A stretch of DNA of 64,000 bases from Sulfolobales archaeon (GCA_038867615.1 JAWBYA010000001.1:96001-160000); one strand, 5' to 3'; positions 19,951-30,744 are shown, counted from the stretch's first letter. Translations and numbers: made by a program. The notes: generated by a model from the sequence alone, not told the origin.

Positions 19951-20637
19951 TTGGAGCAAGGCTTCGTCATAGTGGTTGATCACCCACTCGCAAGGGCTAT
20001 TCTCACATCCCTCAGGGATAGAAGAACCGACCAGATAGGCTTTAGGAAGGGTCTTGTAAGGCTTGGAAGGATAATTGGTATGGAGATGACTAAGCACCTA
20101 GATATCGAGAAAATCTATGTAGAGACGCCCTTGGGGGTTATGGCTGAAGGGGTTAGGATACCTGATATGGAGCATGTCGTCATAATAAATATCCTCAGGG
20201 CTGCGATGCCCATGGTTGAGGGGCTTATAAAGATATTCCCCAGCGCTAGGCAAGGGATCATTAGTGCTAGGAGGGTTGAGGAGAAGGGTATGGGTGCTAA
20301 CTACTCCTTCGATGTTGAGATACATTACATGAAGATCCCCAAGATCTATGAGAGGGACACGCTGATAATGGTCGACCCAATGTTTGCCACAGGCTCTACA
20401 ATGATCTCTGTACTCAACAGGATCCTTAACATGGGTGCAATGCCGAAGAGAATATTCTTCACAACAGCTATATCGACCATGGTAGCTATTGATAGGCTGA
20501 GGAGCTTCTTGCTGGATAGAAAGCTTATAGAGAAGGCTAGGCTATTCACAGTAGCAATAGATCCCGAGATTAACGATAAAGGATACATAGTACCCGGGCT
20601 GGGTGATGCTGGAGACAGGGCCTTTGGATATGGCTAG
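19951..20637 (+). CDS. upp: Uracil phosphoribosyltransferase
   Basis: ILRAA, DPMFATGST and GYIVPGLGDAGDR motifs. Confidence 0.96.
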   Translation: MEQGFVIVVDHPLARAILTSLRDRRTDQIGFRKGLVRLGRIIGMEMTKHLDIEKIYVETPLGVMAEGVRIPDMEHVVIINILRAAMPMVEGLIKIFPSARQGIISARRVEEKGMGANYSFDVEIHYMKIPKIYERDTLIMVDPMFATGSTMISVLNRILNMGAMPKRIFFTTAISTMVAIDRLRSFLLDRKLIEKARLFTVAIDPEINDKGYIVPGLGDAGDRAFGYG

Positions 20638-20709
20638 AGTTGCTAACATACTTAGAACGAATAAGAGCCTCCTAAACCTATAGTTAGTGATCCATCCGGG
20701 GTATTCTGC

Positions 20710-21960
20710 TTGGAGGTTGAGCACCCCTCGCGGGATATATTCGGCAGGTCGGCAAGGACTCTTCTAGAGCACCACATAATACTGGGGGTAACATCAAGCA
20801 TATCTCTATATAGATCCCTGGATCTTGCTAGAGAGCTTATGAGAAGGGGTGCAGAGGTATACCCAGTAATCTCGCCTAAGGCTGCGAAACTAATATCCCC
20901 GGAGATGTGGAGATGGGCCACAGGGAATAAACCCTATGTGAGGTTCGGCGGAGAGCTTGGACATATAGCGCTTGCTAGAAGGGCTAGCGGTATGGTGATA
21001 GCACCAGCAACAGCCAATACTATTGCCAAGATAGCCTATGGAATAGCAGATACTAGTGTAACCCTCACAGCCCAAGTAATGATAGGGATGGGTAAAAGAG
21101 TGATCATAGTTCCAGCTATGCACGAACCCATGTATAGATCAAAGCCTCTTGAAGAGGCTCTGAGGAGATGCGCCGAAATGGGTGTCTCCGTATTACCACC
21201 GGTTATAGAGGAGGGGAAGGCAAAGATCCCGAACATATCCTTCATAGCAGACAAGGTTGAGGCAACCATACTCAGGGGAGAGGATCTCAGGGGTGTAAAG
21301 ATACTAGTCACCGCAGGACCTACCAGAGAGCATCTAGACCCTGTGAGGTTCTTAAGCAACCCCAGCAGCGGTAAAATGGGTGTAGCGATAGCCTCTGAGG
21401 CTTTCTATAGGGGAGCATCACCAATACTAATACACGGCTCTGTATCTGTACCAATACCACCATGGCTCAGGACTATAGAGATAACAAGTACAGAAGAAAT
21501 GCTAAGAGCCGTTGAAGCCTCTATAGAGAAAGAGAAACCGGAATCGATAGTGCTAGCAGCGGCTCCAGCTGATTTTAAATTCTCGGCGAAAGAGTCCCTT
21601 AAGATCCCCAGCGAGAAAGGAGCTCCAGAGGTAAAGCTAGAGCTAACACCAAAAATAGCCGAGTACGTGAGGAAAAAAGCCCCTAACTCCCTAATCATAG
21701 GGTTCGCTGCAGAGACAACAGACAGTGAGGAGGAGCTTGTTGAAAAGGCATATAGGAAGCTTAAGAAATACGGCTTTGACTACGTGATGGCAAACTATGT
21801 TGGAAAACCCGGGACAGGGTTTGGTTATGACACTGACGAGGGGCTTATAATAGATTCTAGCGGAAAGATCCTGTTTAAGGGGTATATGCTCAAGCGGGAG
21901 TGGGCAAGGATAATAGTGGACATAATAGCCAGGGTTTCTGGACGCGGGAGAGAAATATAG
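20710..21960 (+). CDS. coaBC: Phosphopantothenoylcysteine decarboxylase/ligase
   Basis: APATANTIAK, PAMH, TAGPTREHLDPVRFLSNPSSGKMG and GFAAET motifs. Confidence 0.95.
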   Translation: MEVEHPSRDIFGRSARTLLEHHIILGVTSSISLYRSLDLARELMRRGAEVYPVISPKAAKLISPEMWRWATGNKPYVRFGGELGHIALARRASGMVIAPATANTIAKIAYGIADTSVTLTAQVMIGMGKRVIIVPAMHEPMYRSKPLEEALRRCAEMGVSVLPPVIEEGKAKIPNISFIADKVEATILRGEDLRGVKILVTAGPTREHLDPVRFLSNPSSGKMGVAIASEAFYRGASPILIHGSVSVPIPPWLRTIEITSTEEMLRAVEASIEKEKPESIVLAAAPADFKFSAKESLKIPSEKGAPEVKLELTPKIAEYVRKKAPNSLIIGFAAETTDSEEELVEKAYRKLKKYGFDYVMANYVGKPGTGFGYDTDEGLIIDSSGKILFKGYMLKREWARIIVDIIARVSGRGREI

Positions 21961-22018
21961 TGATGAAAACCAACCGTGTAGCATATTATAGCCCATTAAC
22001 ATGTACAGTGGTGATCCC

Positions 22019-22474
22019 ATGCAGTGCGTCGAAGAAGGCTCTCTAGCTCCTGACTTCGAGCTGGCAGACCAGGATGGAAAGATCTTCAGGCTATCAAGCA
22101 TGAGGGGGAAGTATGTGGTACTGTACTTCTACCCCAAAGCAATGACAAGAGGGTGCACCATAGAGGCTCTTGAGTTTAGAGACTCCTACCAGAAGATCTT
22201 ATCGCTAGGGGCTGTTGTAGTTGGTGTCTCCAAAGATAGTATTGATAGTATAAAGGAGTTCTCCCAGAAATATGGATTACCATTCACACTACTATCGGAT
22301 CCAGAGGGGGTGGTTATCAAGCGATACTGCGTCCAGGGACCCTTTGGCCTTGCAAGAAGGGTTACTTTTCTAATCGATGATAAGGGCATTGTTAGGAAGA
22401 AATGGAGTAAGGTAAACCCCCTTGGACACGCGTTGGAAGTTATAAAGGAGATCGAGGCTCTCAGGGGAAGCTAG
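22019..22474 (+). CDS. bcp: Peroxiredoxin, BCP type
   Basis: APDFEL and LYFYPKAMTRGCTIEA motifs. Confidence 0.92.
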   Translation: MQCVEEGSLAPDFELADQDGKIFRLSSMRGKYVVLYFYPKAMTRGCTIEALEFRDSYQKILSLGAVVVGVSKDSIDSIKEFSQKYGLPFTLLSDPEGVVIKRYCVQGPFGLARRVTFLIDDKGIVRKKWSKVNPLGHALEVIKEIEALRGS

Positions 22475-22705
22475 ATGCCTAGGTGCTCTGTCTGCGGTAA
22501 GGTTTTCCCCGAGGGGCAGGGGATCTATGTTAAAGTCCGCAACAAAGAGATCTTTTTCCACAAAAAGACATGTGCAACCAAGTTCCTGAGAGAGTTACTA
22601 CCCCTCCTTGGGCAGGAGTGCATGGGGGCTGTTGAAAGCGTGCTTGATAGCTTCTCAAAGGCTATAGAGGAGAAGAAGAGGGAGAAGAGGCTCCCCGGAA
22701 CATAG
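22475..22705 (+). CDS. Small TRASH/eL24-like metal-binding protein
   Basis: CSVCGK..PEGQG...FHKKTC pattern. Confidence 0.65.
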   Translation: MPRCSVCGKVFPEGQGIYVKVRNKEIFFHKKTCATKFLRELLPLLGQECMGAVESVLDSFSKAIEEKKREKRLPGT

Positions 22706-22788
22706 GATCTCTGTGTTAAAATCTTTTAAACCTCTTTATCTAAATTATTTAAATGGCGGCATTGTTGCGGGCAATAACTAGAGCTAGT

Positions 22789-25653
22789 ATGGAGGAAGAT
22801 GCTAACTGTCTAAGCGGCGAGGATCTAGAGGTAGCCTCGATGCTACACCCAGCTGTACAGAAGCTCGTCTGTGAGAAGGGGTGGAGGCAATTAACACCTA
22901 TCCAGAGGAAAGCAATACCAAGAATACTCGCCGGCGATAACGTGTTAGCAATGGCTCCAACAGGTCATGGTAAGACAGAGGCGGCTTTACTCCCAGTCCT
23001 ATCCCAGATGCTCCAGACGGACAAGGATGGGAAGGGGATCTATGTTCTCTACATAACCCCCCTCAAGGCCCTCATAAACGACCTCACATTGAGGATCGAG
23101 TGGTGGGCCTCGAGACTCGGGTTCAACGTTGGTAGGAAACATGGAGACGTACCACAGATCGAGAGGATGAAGAGACATAGAACAGTACCTGAGATCATGA
23201 TAACAACTCCCGAGAGCCTTGAAATAGACCTCGACTGGGCTACCAAGTTCAGAAAATACTACTCAACAGTATCTTGGGTTATAATAGATGAGGTTCACGA
23301 GCTCGTTGGTACTAAGAGGGGGGCTCAGCTAGCAGTCCTCCTCGAAAGGCTGTATAATATGAGTGGTAAGGAGTTCCAAAGGATCCTGTTATCAGCAACT
23401 GTAGGAGATCCGGAGAAGGTTGCTAGGTACTTCTCAGGATCCTCTCAGAGAAACATATCCATAGTTAAGGGCGGGGGTTATAAAGATCTAATGTTCTCTA
23501 TAGTCTCTATAGATGAGAAGAACAACGACCCAATAGAGGGAGGCGTTAAGGAGCTTGCTAAAAGCATAGAACCTCCTACACTGGTTTTTACTAACAGCAG
23601 GTATATAGCCGAGAGGATCTATGAGAGCCTTGAGAAAACAGGCTTCAAGAGAATGGCAGTGCACCACTCATCAGTCTCGCACGAGCTGAGGGAGAGCATA
23701 GAGGATGAGATGAGAAAAGGCAATATAGATGTGGTTATAGCGACAAAAACCCTAGAGCTAGGGATAGATGTTGGGTGTATAAACAAGGTTATAATGTTCA
23801 GGCCGCCTGGACAGGTTGTCTCGCTCCTCCAGAGGGTCGGGAGATCTGGACATAGTGTTGACGAAGTATCTAAGGGAGCAATAATAACCCTCGACAACAT
23901 GGATATCCTGGTATCCGCATCCCTGATCTCTCTCCTAGCGGATGGGTATCTGGAGAAGCCCTACATGATAGAGAACCCCCTAGATGTGCTGGCAAGGGAG
24001 ATCGTTGGATGGGTGCTCAGGGGTGAGAGCGTTAGCCTTGACACAATATATAGGGTTATTAGGAGGGCCTATCCCTTCAGGAACCTTGAGTGGACAACCT
24101 TCGCAGAAGTGATCTCGGAGATGGTTAAGAACGGGGTTCTGGAGTACTCCGGCAGCAATACCATCAGGCTTGGGAAGAACTTCTTCAATATATGGCGGTT
24201 TGATCAGAAGTGGAGGAGTTCCAGGATGTTTACAGAGTTCTTCACATTCATATCTGAGAGCACTATGTTTGCTGTGAGGAGCGGTGACAAGATCGTTGGC
24301 TACCTAGACGATCAATACGTGTTCAGGATCCTGAGGGTAGGCGACGTGATCAGGATAGGTGGGAGGCTGTGGAGGATCTCCAGAATAGATGAGGATAACA
24401 TGATCATAGACGTCTCGCCAACAGATGAGAGCAACAGCATGATCCCGCTGTGGAGAGGCGAATCCCCCACAAGGTCGAGAGCCGTTGCCGAGAAATTCTA
24501 CGAGATGCTCTCAAACGGGTTCAGCATTAACAACAACATACTTGATAAGGGATCGGTAAAGCTTGTTGAGGGCGCCCTCGAAGAGATCAGATCCTGGTTT
24601 GTTAAAAACAAAATACCAATACCATCGAGAGATACTGTGGTTATCGAGGATCTAGGCGAGGAGGAGATTATGCTCTACCCATTCGGGGATAAGATGGCTG
24701 AGGCTGTTGGCTACCTCTTCCTCTACATCGCGTCAAAGAGGGAGGGGATGGATGTTGGTGTGAGGGTAACCCCCTTCGGGATCTCGATCAAGGCTTCCAA
24801 TACTAGTCTCAAAACCATTCTTAAGGAGATAGGATCTGGGGAATATGTTGATGAGATCATGGGTGATGCTCTCAAAAGAAGCCCCAAGCTATCTATAAAG
24901 GTAAAGGAGATCCAGCATAGCTTCGGCTACATGGGCAGGGTTCCCGAGGAGAGTGTGGTGTTTAAAGAAGCCGTGAGACAGATCCTAGAGGATCTCGAGT
25001 CAGAAGGAAGCGTCAGATCCTTCTTCGCAGGCCTATCAAGCGGGGAGATAAAGATCCACATAGTACCTAAAAGAACCCCTCCATCACCTATATCGAAAAA
25101 GATCCTATCGACGCCTCTCATCAGGCCATGGTTGAGAGATATATCATACATAGTTGCAAAGCTCCTCAAAGGCTTCGCAATGACAGTAACAGAGGTTGCC
25201 GAAGCCCTAGAGCTACCTGAAAAGATCATTGAGAACAAGCTCAAGGAGATGAGAAAAGGAGGCCCCTACAGGGCTATTCAATTCAAAGACATCGATACTG
25301 GCGAGTGGAGATGGGCCTTGGTAGAAGATCTCGAGGCTATATCGAAATCACCAGAGTTCCAAGCATGTTTCATATCAAAAGGCATTTACGACCACATAGA
25401 ATGCTCGCTCAAATACGAGCCAGGATCTGCCCAGGTTAAGTTTGTTATAAAGACAAGCGATCTCGACGAAGGTATAAAAAGGATCCTTGAAAACACGTCA
25501 ACCGACGAGATCTATGAGGTGAGGATATCACCAATAAGCGCTCTAGGGCTTAGAGAGGCTTCCATCGCCTACTATAATGTTCCAAAAGAGGCCTTCCCAT
25601 ATATTGTTAAGAACGCCATAGCATATATAGAGAAGATGAGTACAAGTTACTAA
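22789..25653 (+). CDS. lhr: Second Lhr-family SF2 helicase with a C-terminal HTH-like extension
   Basis: APTGHGKT, DEVH, QRVGRSGH, NPLDVLAREI; C-terminal MTVTEVAEALELP. Confidence 0.9.
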   Translation: MEEDANCLSGEDLEVASMLHPAVQKLVCEKGWRQLTPIQRKAIPRILAGDNVLAMAPTGHGKTEAALLPVLSQMLQTDKDGKGIYVLYITPLKALINDLTLRIEWWASRLGFNVGRKHGDVPQIERMKRHRTVPEIMITTPESLEIDLDWATKFRKYYSTVSWVIIDEVHELVGTKRGAQLAVLLERLYNMSGKEFQRILLSATVGDPEKVARYFSGSSQRNISIVKGGGYKDLMFSIVSIDEKNNDPIEGGVKELAKSIEPPTLVFTNSRYIAERIYESLEKTGFKRMAVHHSSVSHELRESIEDEMRKGNIDVVIATKTLELGIDVGCINKVIMFRPPGQVVSLLQRVGRSGHSVDEVSKGAIITLDNMDILVSASLISLLADGYLEKPYMIENPLDVLAREIVGWVLRGESVSLDTIYRVIRRAYPFRNLEWTTFAEVISEMVKNGVLEYSGSNTIRLGKNFFNIWRFDQKWRSSRMFTEFFTFISESTMFAVRSGDKIVGYLDDQYVFRILRVGDVIRIGGRLWRISRIDEDNMIIDVSPTDESNSMIPLWRGESPTRSRAVAEKFYEMLSNGFSINNNILDKGSVKLVEGALEEIRSWFVKNKIPIPSRDTVVIEDLGEEEIMLYPFGDKMAEAVGYLFLYIASKREGMDVGVRVTPFGISIKASNTSLKTILKEIGSGEYVDEIMGDALKRSPKLSIKVKEIQHSFGYMGRVPEESVVFKEAVRQILEDLESEGSVRSFFAGLSSGEIKIHIVPKRTPPSPISKKILSTPLIRPWLRDISYIVAKLLKGFAMTVTEVAEALELPEKIIENKLKEMRKGGPYRAIQFKDIDTGEWRWALVEDLEAISKSPEFQACFISKGIYDHIECSLKYEPGSAQVKFVIKTSDLDEGIKRILENTSTDEIYEVRISPISALGLREASIAYYNVPKEAFPYIVKNAIAYIEKMSTSY

Positions 25654-25689
25654 ACTGATCAGTGTTAAGAAGAAGGGTTTGTTTTAGAA

Positions 25690-28600
25690 TTACTCTACAT
25701 ATATTCCAGGTCTTAGTGGCATTGCCTCTTTCTTCTTCCCCCTATAGTCAGGTGCGCTGGGATCCCATGATCCGTATACCTCGATCGCGGAAGCCCCTGT
25801 AGCTTCTCTCAAAGTCTCTAGACTGCTTCTTATAACATCTATCTCATTTATAACAGCCCCCTCAAGGATCATTGAGGCGAGATCTTCCGATAGCGATGAC
25901 GCGTGGTCAAAGATCCTCTTTATCCTTAGAGCCTCCTCATCACGTGATCCCAGGCCTAGCTTGCCTAGATAGGCCTCCATAACAGGTCTAATCCCCTCAC
26001 CCTTTCTCTGAGCCTCAAGGCTCTTTCTAAGGATCTCTATTTCGCTCTGCGGCGCTGTATAGATCACTACTCTCGAGGGTTTCTTTCTCAATATCGATAT
26101 GATCTCCGTGAGATCCTCGCTAAGGGATCTTAGATATATGTGCTTCAGCTCCAGATCTCTATCTATATATCTCCTCAGATCCTCCCTATCGAAGCTCTCC
26201 CTAACCACAAGGCTTTTCTCACCTAACACGCTGTGCCATATCTCCTCAGCAGCGTGTGGCGCGTATATAGATAGCATGATCACCCACGCCCTAACAATCC
26301 CCAAGATCTCTTTCCACGCACCATCACTCCTTCTAATATACTCTGCAAGGGTGTTTGCAACATCATATATAATCCCGATCCCTGCTTCCCTAACCCTTAG
26401 CTTCTCTAGAGCATCGTCGGCTCTCAAAATACTCCTGACGATCCTTGAGGCATAGACCTTATCAAGCTCGCTCGGATCCTCTCTCACAGGCATCTTCACA
26501 AGCCTTTCTAGAAGCTCATATATTCTTCTAATATTCTCAGCAATGTTTACAGCTGCTTCATGTCTAAAATCTAGATCCTGGCCTTCTTCGGATAATGTTG
26601 AGAGCGCTATTCTAACACTATCGCTTCCATATAGATCTACAGCTCTAGATACTGGCAATATGTTCCTCAGACTCTTTGACATCTTCCTACCCTCTCTAAG
26701 AACCCAGCCGTGGATCAGCATTGCTCTAGGCCATAGGTCTCTTGGGAACACGGCTACGTGGTTCATTATGAAGAATAGCAGGTGATTGTTAGCTAGATCC
26801 TTTCCAGCGACTCTGAGGTCTAAGGGGTACCAGTATAGAAAATCATTCCTCAGATCCTCGAGATCCTCTCTCCTAATCCCGAGACTTCTAGCGATACTCC
26901 CAGGATCTCCTTTGCCTAGCATCACATAGTCCCAGAAACTCTTACCAAGCATAGAGGGATCTTTAACAATCTCTCTGAGCTTGTGGGAGATCGTATAGAA
27001 AGCCATGTAGATCGTTGAGTCGCTCAGGCTCTCAATAACCCACTCAGTATCCCAGGGAAGAGGCGTCCCAAGCCCTCTAGTCCTCGCACAAGGCTTCTCC
27101 CTAAGGTTACCTATAAGGCTAGCCATATATTCTCTCATCTCGGGGGGCTGTATATACATGCTCCTAAGTAGCTCGAGACCCTCGGCCTTCCACCCCTGGT
27201 TAGAGTAGTCTATGAACCACTGGTTCTCAAGCATTTTAACAACAATCTCTGTCCCACATCTACAATACACGGGCTTATTGGTGATCTCATATAGAGAATC
27301 CCCTACTCCCGAGAGCTTTATAAATGTAGATATGTTCTCCCTAGCCTCAGGGATCCTTTTACCCTCGACCCAGCCCTTTATAAACCCAGCCAAGAAGCCC
27401 TGATCATGCCTATCGCTCTTCACAAGCCTTGATAGGTCTCTCTCCATAGAGCCGAGGTTATACTCCAGCGAGTATAGCTCCTTAGTAGCTTTTTCCAGCG
27501 CCTCCCTATCAAGCTGATCTTTAACCCTGTGCTTCTCAACGAAATGCTTTGCAGGGATGCCCTTGATCCCTGGTACTCGTATCACGACCCGAGGTTCGTG
27601 GGGCTTTATACCCTCAGCGTTTTTCACGATCTCGGTGTATGCCTGGTAATCGTCTGGCGAGTGGGCGGGGACGCTCATAACAACCCCCGTACCTGTCTCA
27701 GGATCCACGAACCTTGCTGGAAGTATGGGGATCTTCTCGCCTGTTATCGGGTTTATAGCTGTTTTTAGGAGGAGCTCTTCTGGGGATATACTCCTTATAT
27801 ATTTAACCCCTCTTTTCTGGTATAGCAGCTTCTCATAAGATCTCTTAGAGATAATCCATGTCGAGCCCTCCACCTCGGCTTCGACATAATCAGCGCCGGG
27901 GTTGATCCAGATGTTTGTCACGCCAAACACTGTCTCTGGTCTGAGAGTCGCTGCTGGTAATACCCTGCCGTTCTCGTCTCTGAAGAATATTAGTGTGAAT
28001 TCACCTATCTCGGGATCCTTGTCATCCTTGGTATCATGCCCCCCAACGGGCATTCCGTGTCTCGGGCACCAGCCAACAGGATACGTCCCCCTGGTGACAA
28101 AGCCCTTTTCTCTGAGAAGCTCGAACTGCCATCTTATAAAGCTGCTGAAATAAGGATCTATTGTTGTGAACTCCCTCCTCCAATCTATACCTAGACCCAG
28201 CCTCTTCATGCTATCCCTAGAGATTCTGTGGAAGTACTGGGCAAGGTCTATTGGTTTTGAAAGCTTTAGAGCGATCTCTCGAGGAACGTTATATATATTA
28301 ACGAAGAGATCTATGAGCTCTGTATCGCCCGCCTCTATAGATTCAGCCATAGTCAGTATAGGCGTCCCCGTATAGTGGAAACCCATTGGGTAGAGGACAT
28401 ACTCACCCCTAGTCCTCCTATGCCTAGCAATAATGTCTGCTAGAACATAGCTCCTAGCATTACCTATATGTATAGGTGAGTTAGGATATGGAAACGCTGC
28501 TGTTACAAAGAATTTACGCCTATCCCTAGCATCAACACGCTCAACCCTATAGGCGCCTTCAGCCTCCCATATACTCTGCCACTTGGAGGAGATGCTTTTC

Positions 28601-28707
28601 AGCCACTCTATAGGATCCGGACTCTCGGAGAATAGAGCTCCCCTTCCTAATAACCCCTGGGGATATATAAGCATTATATTGATATATTGTTCATCCCTAA
28701 ATACCAA
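25690..28707 (-). CDS. leuS: Leucine--tRNA ligase
   Basis: AFPYPNSPIHIGN, ATLRPET editing motif, IESLSDSTIY, KMSKS; true start probably downstream of 28707. Confidence 0.95.
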   Translation of the reverse strand: MVFRDEQYINIMLIYPQGLLGRGALFSESPDPIEWLKSISSKWQSIWEAEGAYRVERVDARDRRKFFVTAAFPYPNSPIHIGNARSYVLADIIARHRRTRGEYVLYPMGFHYTGTPILTMAESIEAGDTELIDLFVNIYNVPREIALKLSKPIDLAQYFHRISRDSMKRLGLGIDWRREFTTIDPYFSSFIRWQFELLREKGFVTRGTYPVGWCPRHGMPVGGHDTKDDKDPEIGEFTLIFFRDENGRVLPAATLRPETVFGVTNIWINPGADYVEAEVEGSTWIISKRSYEKLLYQKRGVKYIRSISPEELLLKTAINPITGEKIPILPARFVDPETGTGVVMSVPAHSPDDYQAYTEIVKNAEGIKPHEPRVVIRVPGIKGIPAKHFVEKHRVKDQLDREALEKATKELYSLEYNLGSMERDLSRLVKSDRHDQGFLAGFIKGWVEGKRIPEARENISTFIKLSGVGDSLYEITNKPVYCRCGTEIVVKMLENQWFIDYSNQGWKAEGLELLRSMYIQPPEMREYMASLIGNLREKPCARTRGLGTPLPWDTEWVIESLSDSTIYMAFYTISHKLREIVKDPSMLGKSFWDYVMLGKGDPGSIARSLGIRREDLEDLRNDFLYWYPLDLRVAGKDLANNHLLFFIMNHVAVFPRDLWPRAMLIHGWVLREGRKMSKSLRNILPVSRAVDLYGSDSVRIALSTLSEEGQDLDFRHEAAVNIAENIRRIYELLERLVKMPVREDPSELDKVYASRIVRSILRADDALEKLRVREAGIGIIYDVANTLAEYIRRSDGAWKEILGIVRAWVIMLSIYAPHAAEEIWHSVLGEKSLVVRESFDREDLRRYIDRDLELKHIYLRSLSEDLTEIISILRKKPSRVVIYTAPQSEIEILRKSLEAQRKGEGIRPVMEAYLGKLGLGSRDEEALRIKRIFDHASSLSEDLASMILEGAVINEIDVIRSSLETLREATGASAIEVYGSWDPSAPDYRGKKKEAMPLRPGIYVE

Positions 28708-28843
28708 ATGTTAATCCATGTTCTTTTATTATCAAAGAGTATCGCTATATAATACATCCTAATCTATATCTTACTGAACCGTGATGATGGTTTGTTGGTG
28801 AAATAGTTTAATAACCCCGTCTGGAAGATATAGAGGAACCCTT

Positions 28844-29206
28844 ATGAGGACTCCAAAGCCTCTTGACAAGATCCTCTGGGATCTATGCAGAGATACTAGG
28901 GAGGATGTGGAAGAGATCGTAGGGCGGGTTGAGAAGCTGAGGAGCAGGGTTACAGAGGATCTCAGTCTTACAAACCACCCCTTTGTGCTAATGCGTCTCA
29001 GGGAGTTCCAAAAGGAGTTTGAAAAAATGGTTAAAAATGATCTAGAGAAATATCTAAACCCAAGCAAGGATGGCTATATATGTTCAAAAGATGTGAGAAA
29101 ATCCCTGGAGTTCTTGGAATCAAAACTGATAATGTTGGAGAAGAAGCTAGGATTAGTAAGAGAAGCCATGGAGAAGAATGATGAGCAGTCTTGGAAGAAG
29201 ATCTAA
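28844..29206 (+). CDS. Hypothetical protein (helical, charged)
   Basis: 120-aa ORF with ATG start, divergent from leuS. Confidence 0.6.
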   Translation: MRTPKPLDKILWDLCRDTREDVEEIVGRVEKLRSRVTEDLSLTNHPFVLMRLREFQKEFEKMVKNDLEKYLNPSKDGYICSKDVRKSLEFLESKLIMLEKKLGLVREAMEKNDEQSWKKI

Positions 29207-29377
29207 CATAATAATCTCATGATCCCTCATAACCGAGTCTCTATAGATCTGCAAACCCGGATCGTTATCCTAGCTGAAGCCCTGTTGTCAAAGGAACAGT
29301 GGTTTGCCATAAGCCTATAAAGATCTTGCAGTATAATCCTCAGCTTCTCGAGCATTGAAAACTATTAAGTTATTAAG

Positions 29378-29463
29378 TCCCCCCGAGGGGATTTGAACCC
29401 CTGACCACCCGGTTTCCGCCCGCCCCACTACAGCCGGGCGCTCTGCCACTGAGCTACGGGGGG
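29378..29463 (-). tRNA. tRNA-Tyr(GTA) with a 14-nt intron at 37/38 (29414-29427)
   Basis: C1-G72 pair, A73, CCCGG-CTGTAG-[intron]-A-CCGGG arm, TTCAAAT T loop; bulge-helix-loop splice motif. Confidence 0.95.
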
Positions 29464-29616
29464 TTCCTATATTTATTAAATCAGTGCTCTTATTTATTCT
29501 TTACCCAAGGATCGTGCGTCTGGGCAGTGGTTTTCCATAGAGCTGGTATTCCAACAATGATCTGTTTAAGGATATATTACCTGTCACAGATCCCTATTAT
29601 TAGGGCTAGTAGGTTA

Positions 29617-30474
29617 TTGAGGTTCTGTGCTAAGTGCGGTCGTGATGAGAGATCCGTGCCTATAATTAGGCATCTATGCATTGACTGTTATCTAGAGCTT
29701 AGGGGGAGAGAGCTCTTTCCCAGAAGTATTACTCTAACATACTGCCCATCATGTGGGAGCTATAGGGTTAGTGGTGATTGGATTAGCAGCGAGGATATGG
29801 GTAATGACGAGAGGGTTGTTATGGCATATATCATTGAGAGCGGTTTAAAGATCCCTGAGGAGATAGCCAATGCCGATCTAGAGGATCTAAGGGTCGTTAG
29901 AACAGACTACGGAGAGGCTATAGATGCGAGCGTGAGGATCAGCATAGGAGGCTCTCAATACAGGATCACAAAGAGAGTGGGGCTCAATAGAGAGAGAACC
30001 CTATGCCCAGCCTGCCATAAAATCCGCGGTAAGGGTTATGAAGCAATTATACAAATAAGAGGACTTCCTTTTATTAACGAGCGCCTCTTAAGAGTCGTCG
30101 AAGAGAATCTATATAAACTCCCAGAGGCTCTCAGAAACTCTATAGCCGAGATAGAGCACCTGAGAGAAGGCATAAATCTTAAGCTTGTCTCCAGACATGC
30201 TGCCCAAAGCATAGCGAGTATCCTTAGGAAAGAACTCGGCGGAAGAATAATAGAAACAGAGGAAGGCGGGACGGGAAGAAGCATGAGGACGGGTAAGAAG
30301 CCAAGGCTAGTGATAAGTATCAGGATACCAAGCATTGAAGAAGGATCCTATATAAGGATCAACGGTCAGCCATATATAGTTGAGAGAGTCGATGAAGAGA
30401 GAATAACCCTGATCAATAGGGAAGGGAAAAAAGTCACTATGACCAAAAGCGACATAGTAAAAAGCTGGGAGTAA
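29617..30474 (+). CDS. NMD3-family ribosome biogenesis protein
   Basis: FCAKCG, LCIDC, CPSCG and CPAC zinc fingers; YEAIIQIR. Confidence 0.88.
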   Translation: MRFCAKCGRDERSVPIIRHLCIDCYLELRGRELFPRSITLTYCPSCGSYRVSGDWISSEDMGNDERVVMAYIIESGLKIPEEIANADLEDLRVVRTDYGEAIDASVRISIGGSQYRITKRVGLNRERTLCPACHKIRGKGYEAIIQIRGLPFINERLLRVVEENLYKLPEALRNSIAEIEHLREGINLKLVSRHAAQSIASILRKELGGRIIETEEGGTGRSMRTGKKPRLVISIRIPSIEEGSYIRINGQPYIVERVDEERITLINREGKKVTMTKSDIVKSWE

Positions 30475-30477
30475 ATC

Positions 30478-30682
30478 GCTGTAGCCGGCTGTTTCGGAAT
30501 TCATGGCGGTTTTAGGAGTTGATATTAAACCCGAGTTCTGCAGTAATGGAACATAGTATAAGCTCTATGTAGTTTACAGTAGATCCGGGATGTGGGGGTT
30601 TCCCCACAGCATTGAGCTAAGGCCTATGAAGCCATGGGAAGAATGGTTGGTATAAAATCAGCTGCAATGAAGCCAGAACCCC
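30478..30682 (+). mobile_element. Family 1 element, copy E (internally deleted)
   Basis: GCTGTAGCCGGCTG left end, ATGTGGGGGTTTCCCCACAGC core, AAGCCAGAACCCC right end. Confidence 0.85.
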
Positions 30683-30744
30683 AAGCTATAGCGGCGTTTA
30701 ATAAATAATATTTATGGAGTCTAGTATGCTGTGGAGTCTGCGTG

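Noticed and set aside
28774-28803. CTGA-ACC-GTGATGA, resembling the D'/C' boxes of a C/D RNA
   Set aside because: No matching C box upstream and no clear D box at the expected spacing downstream
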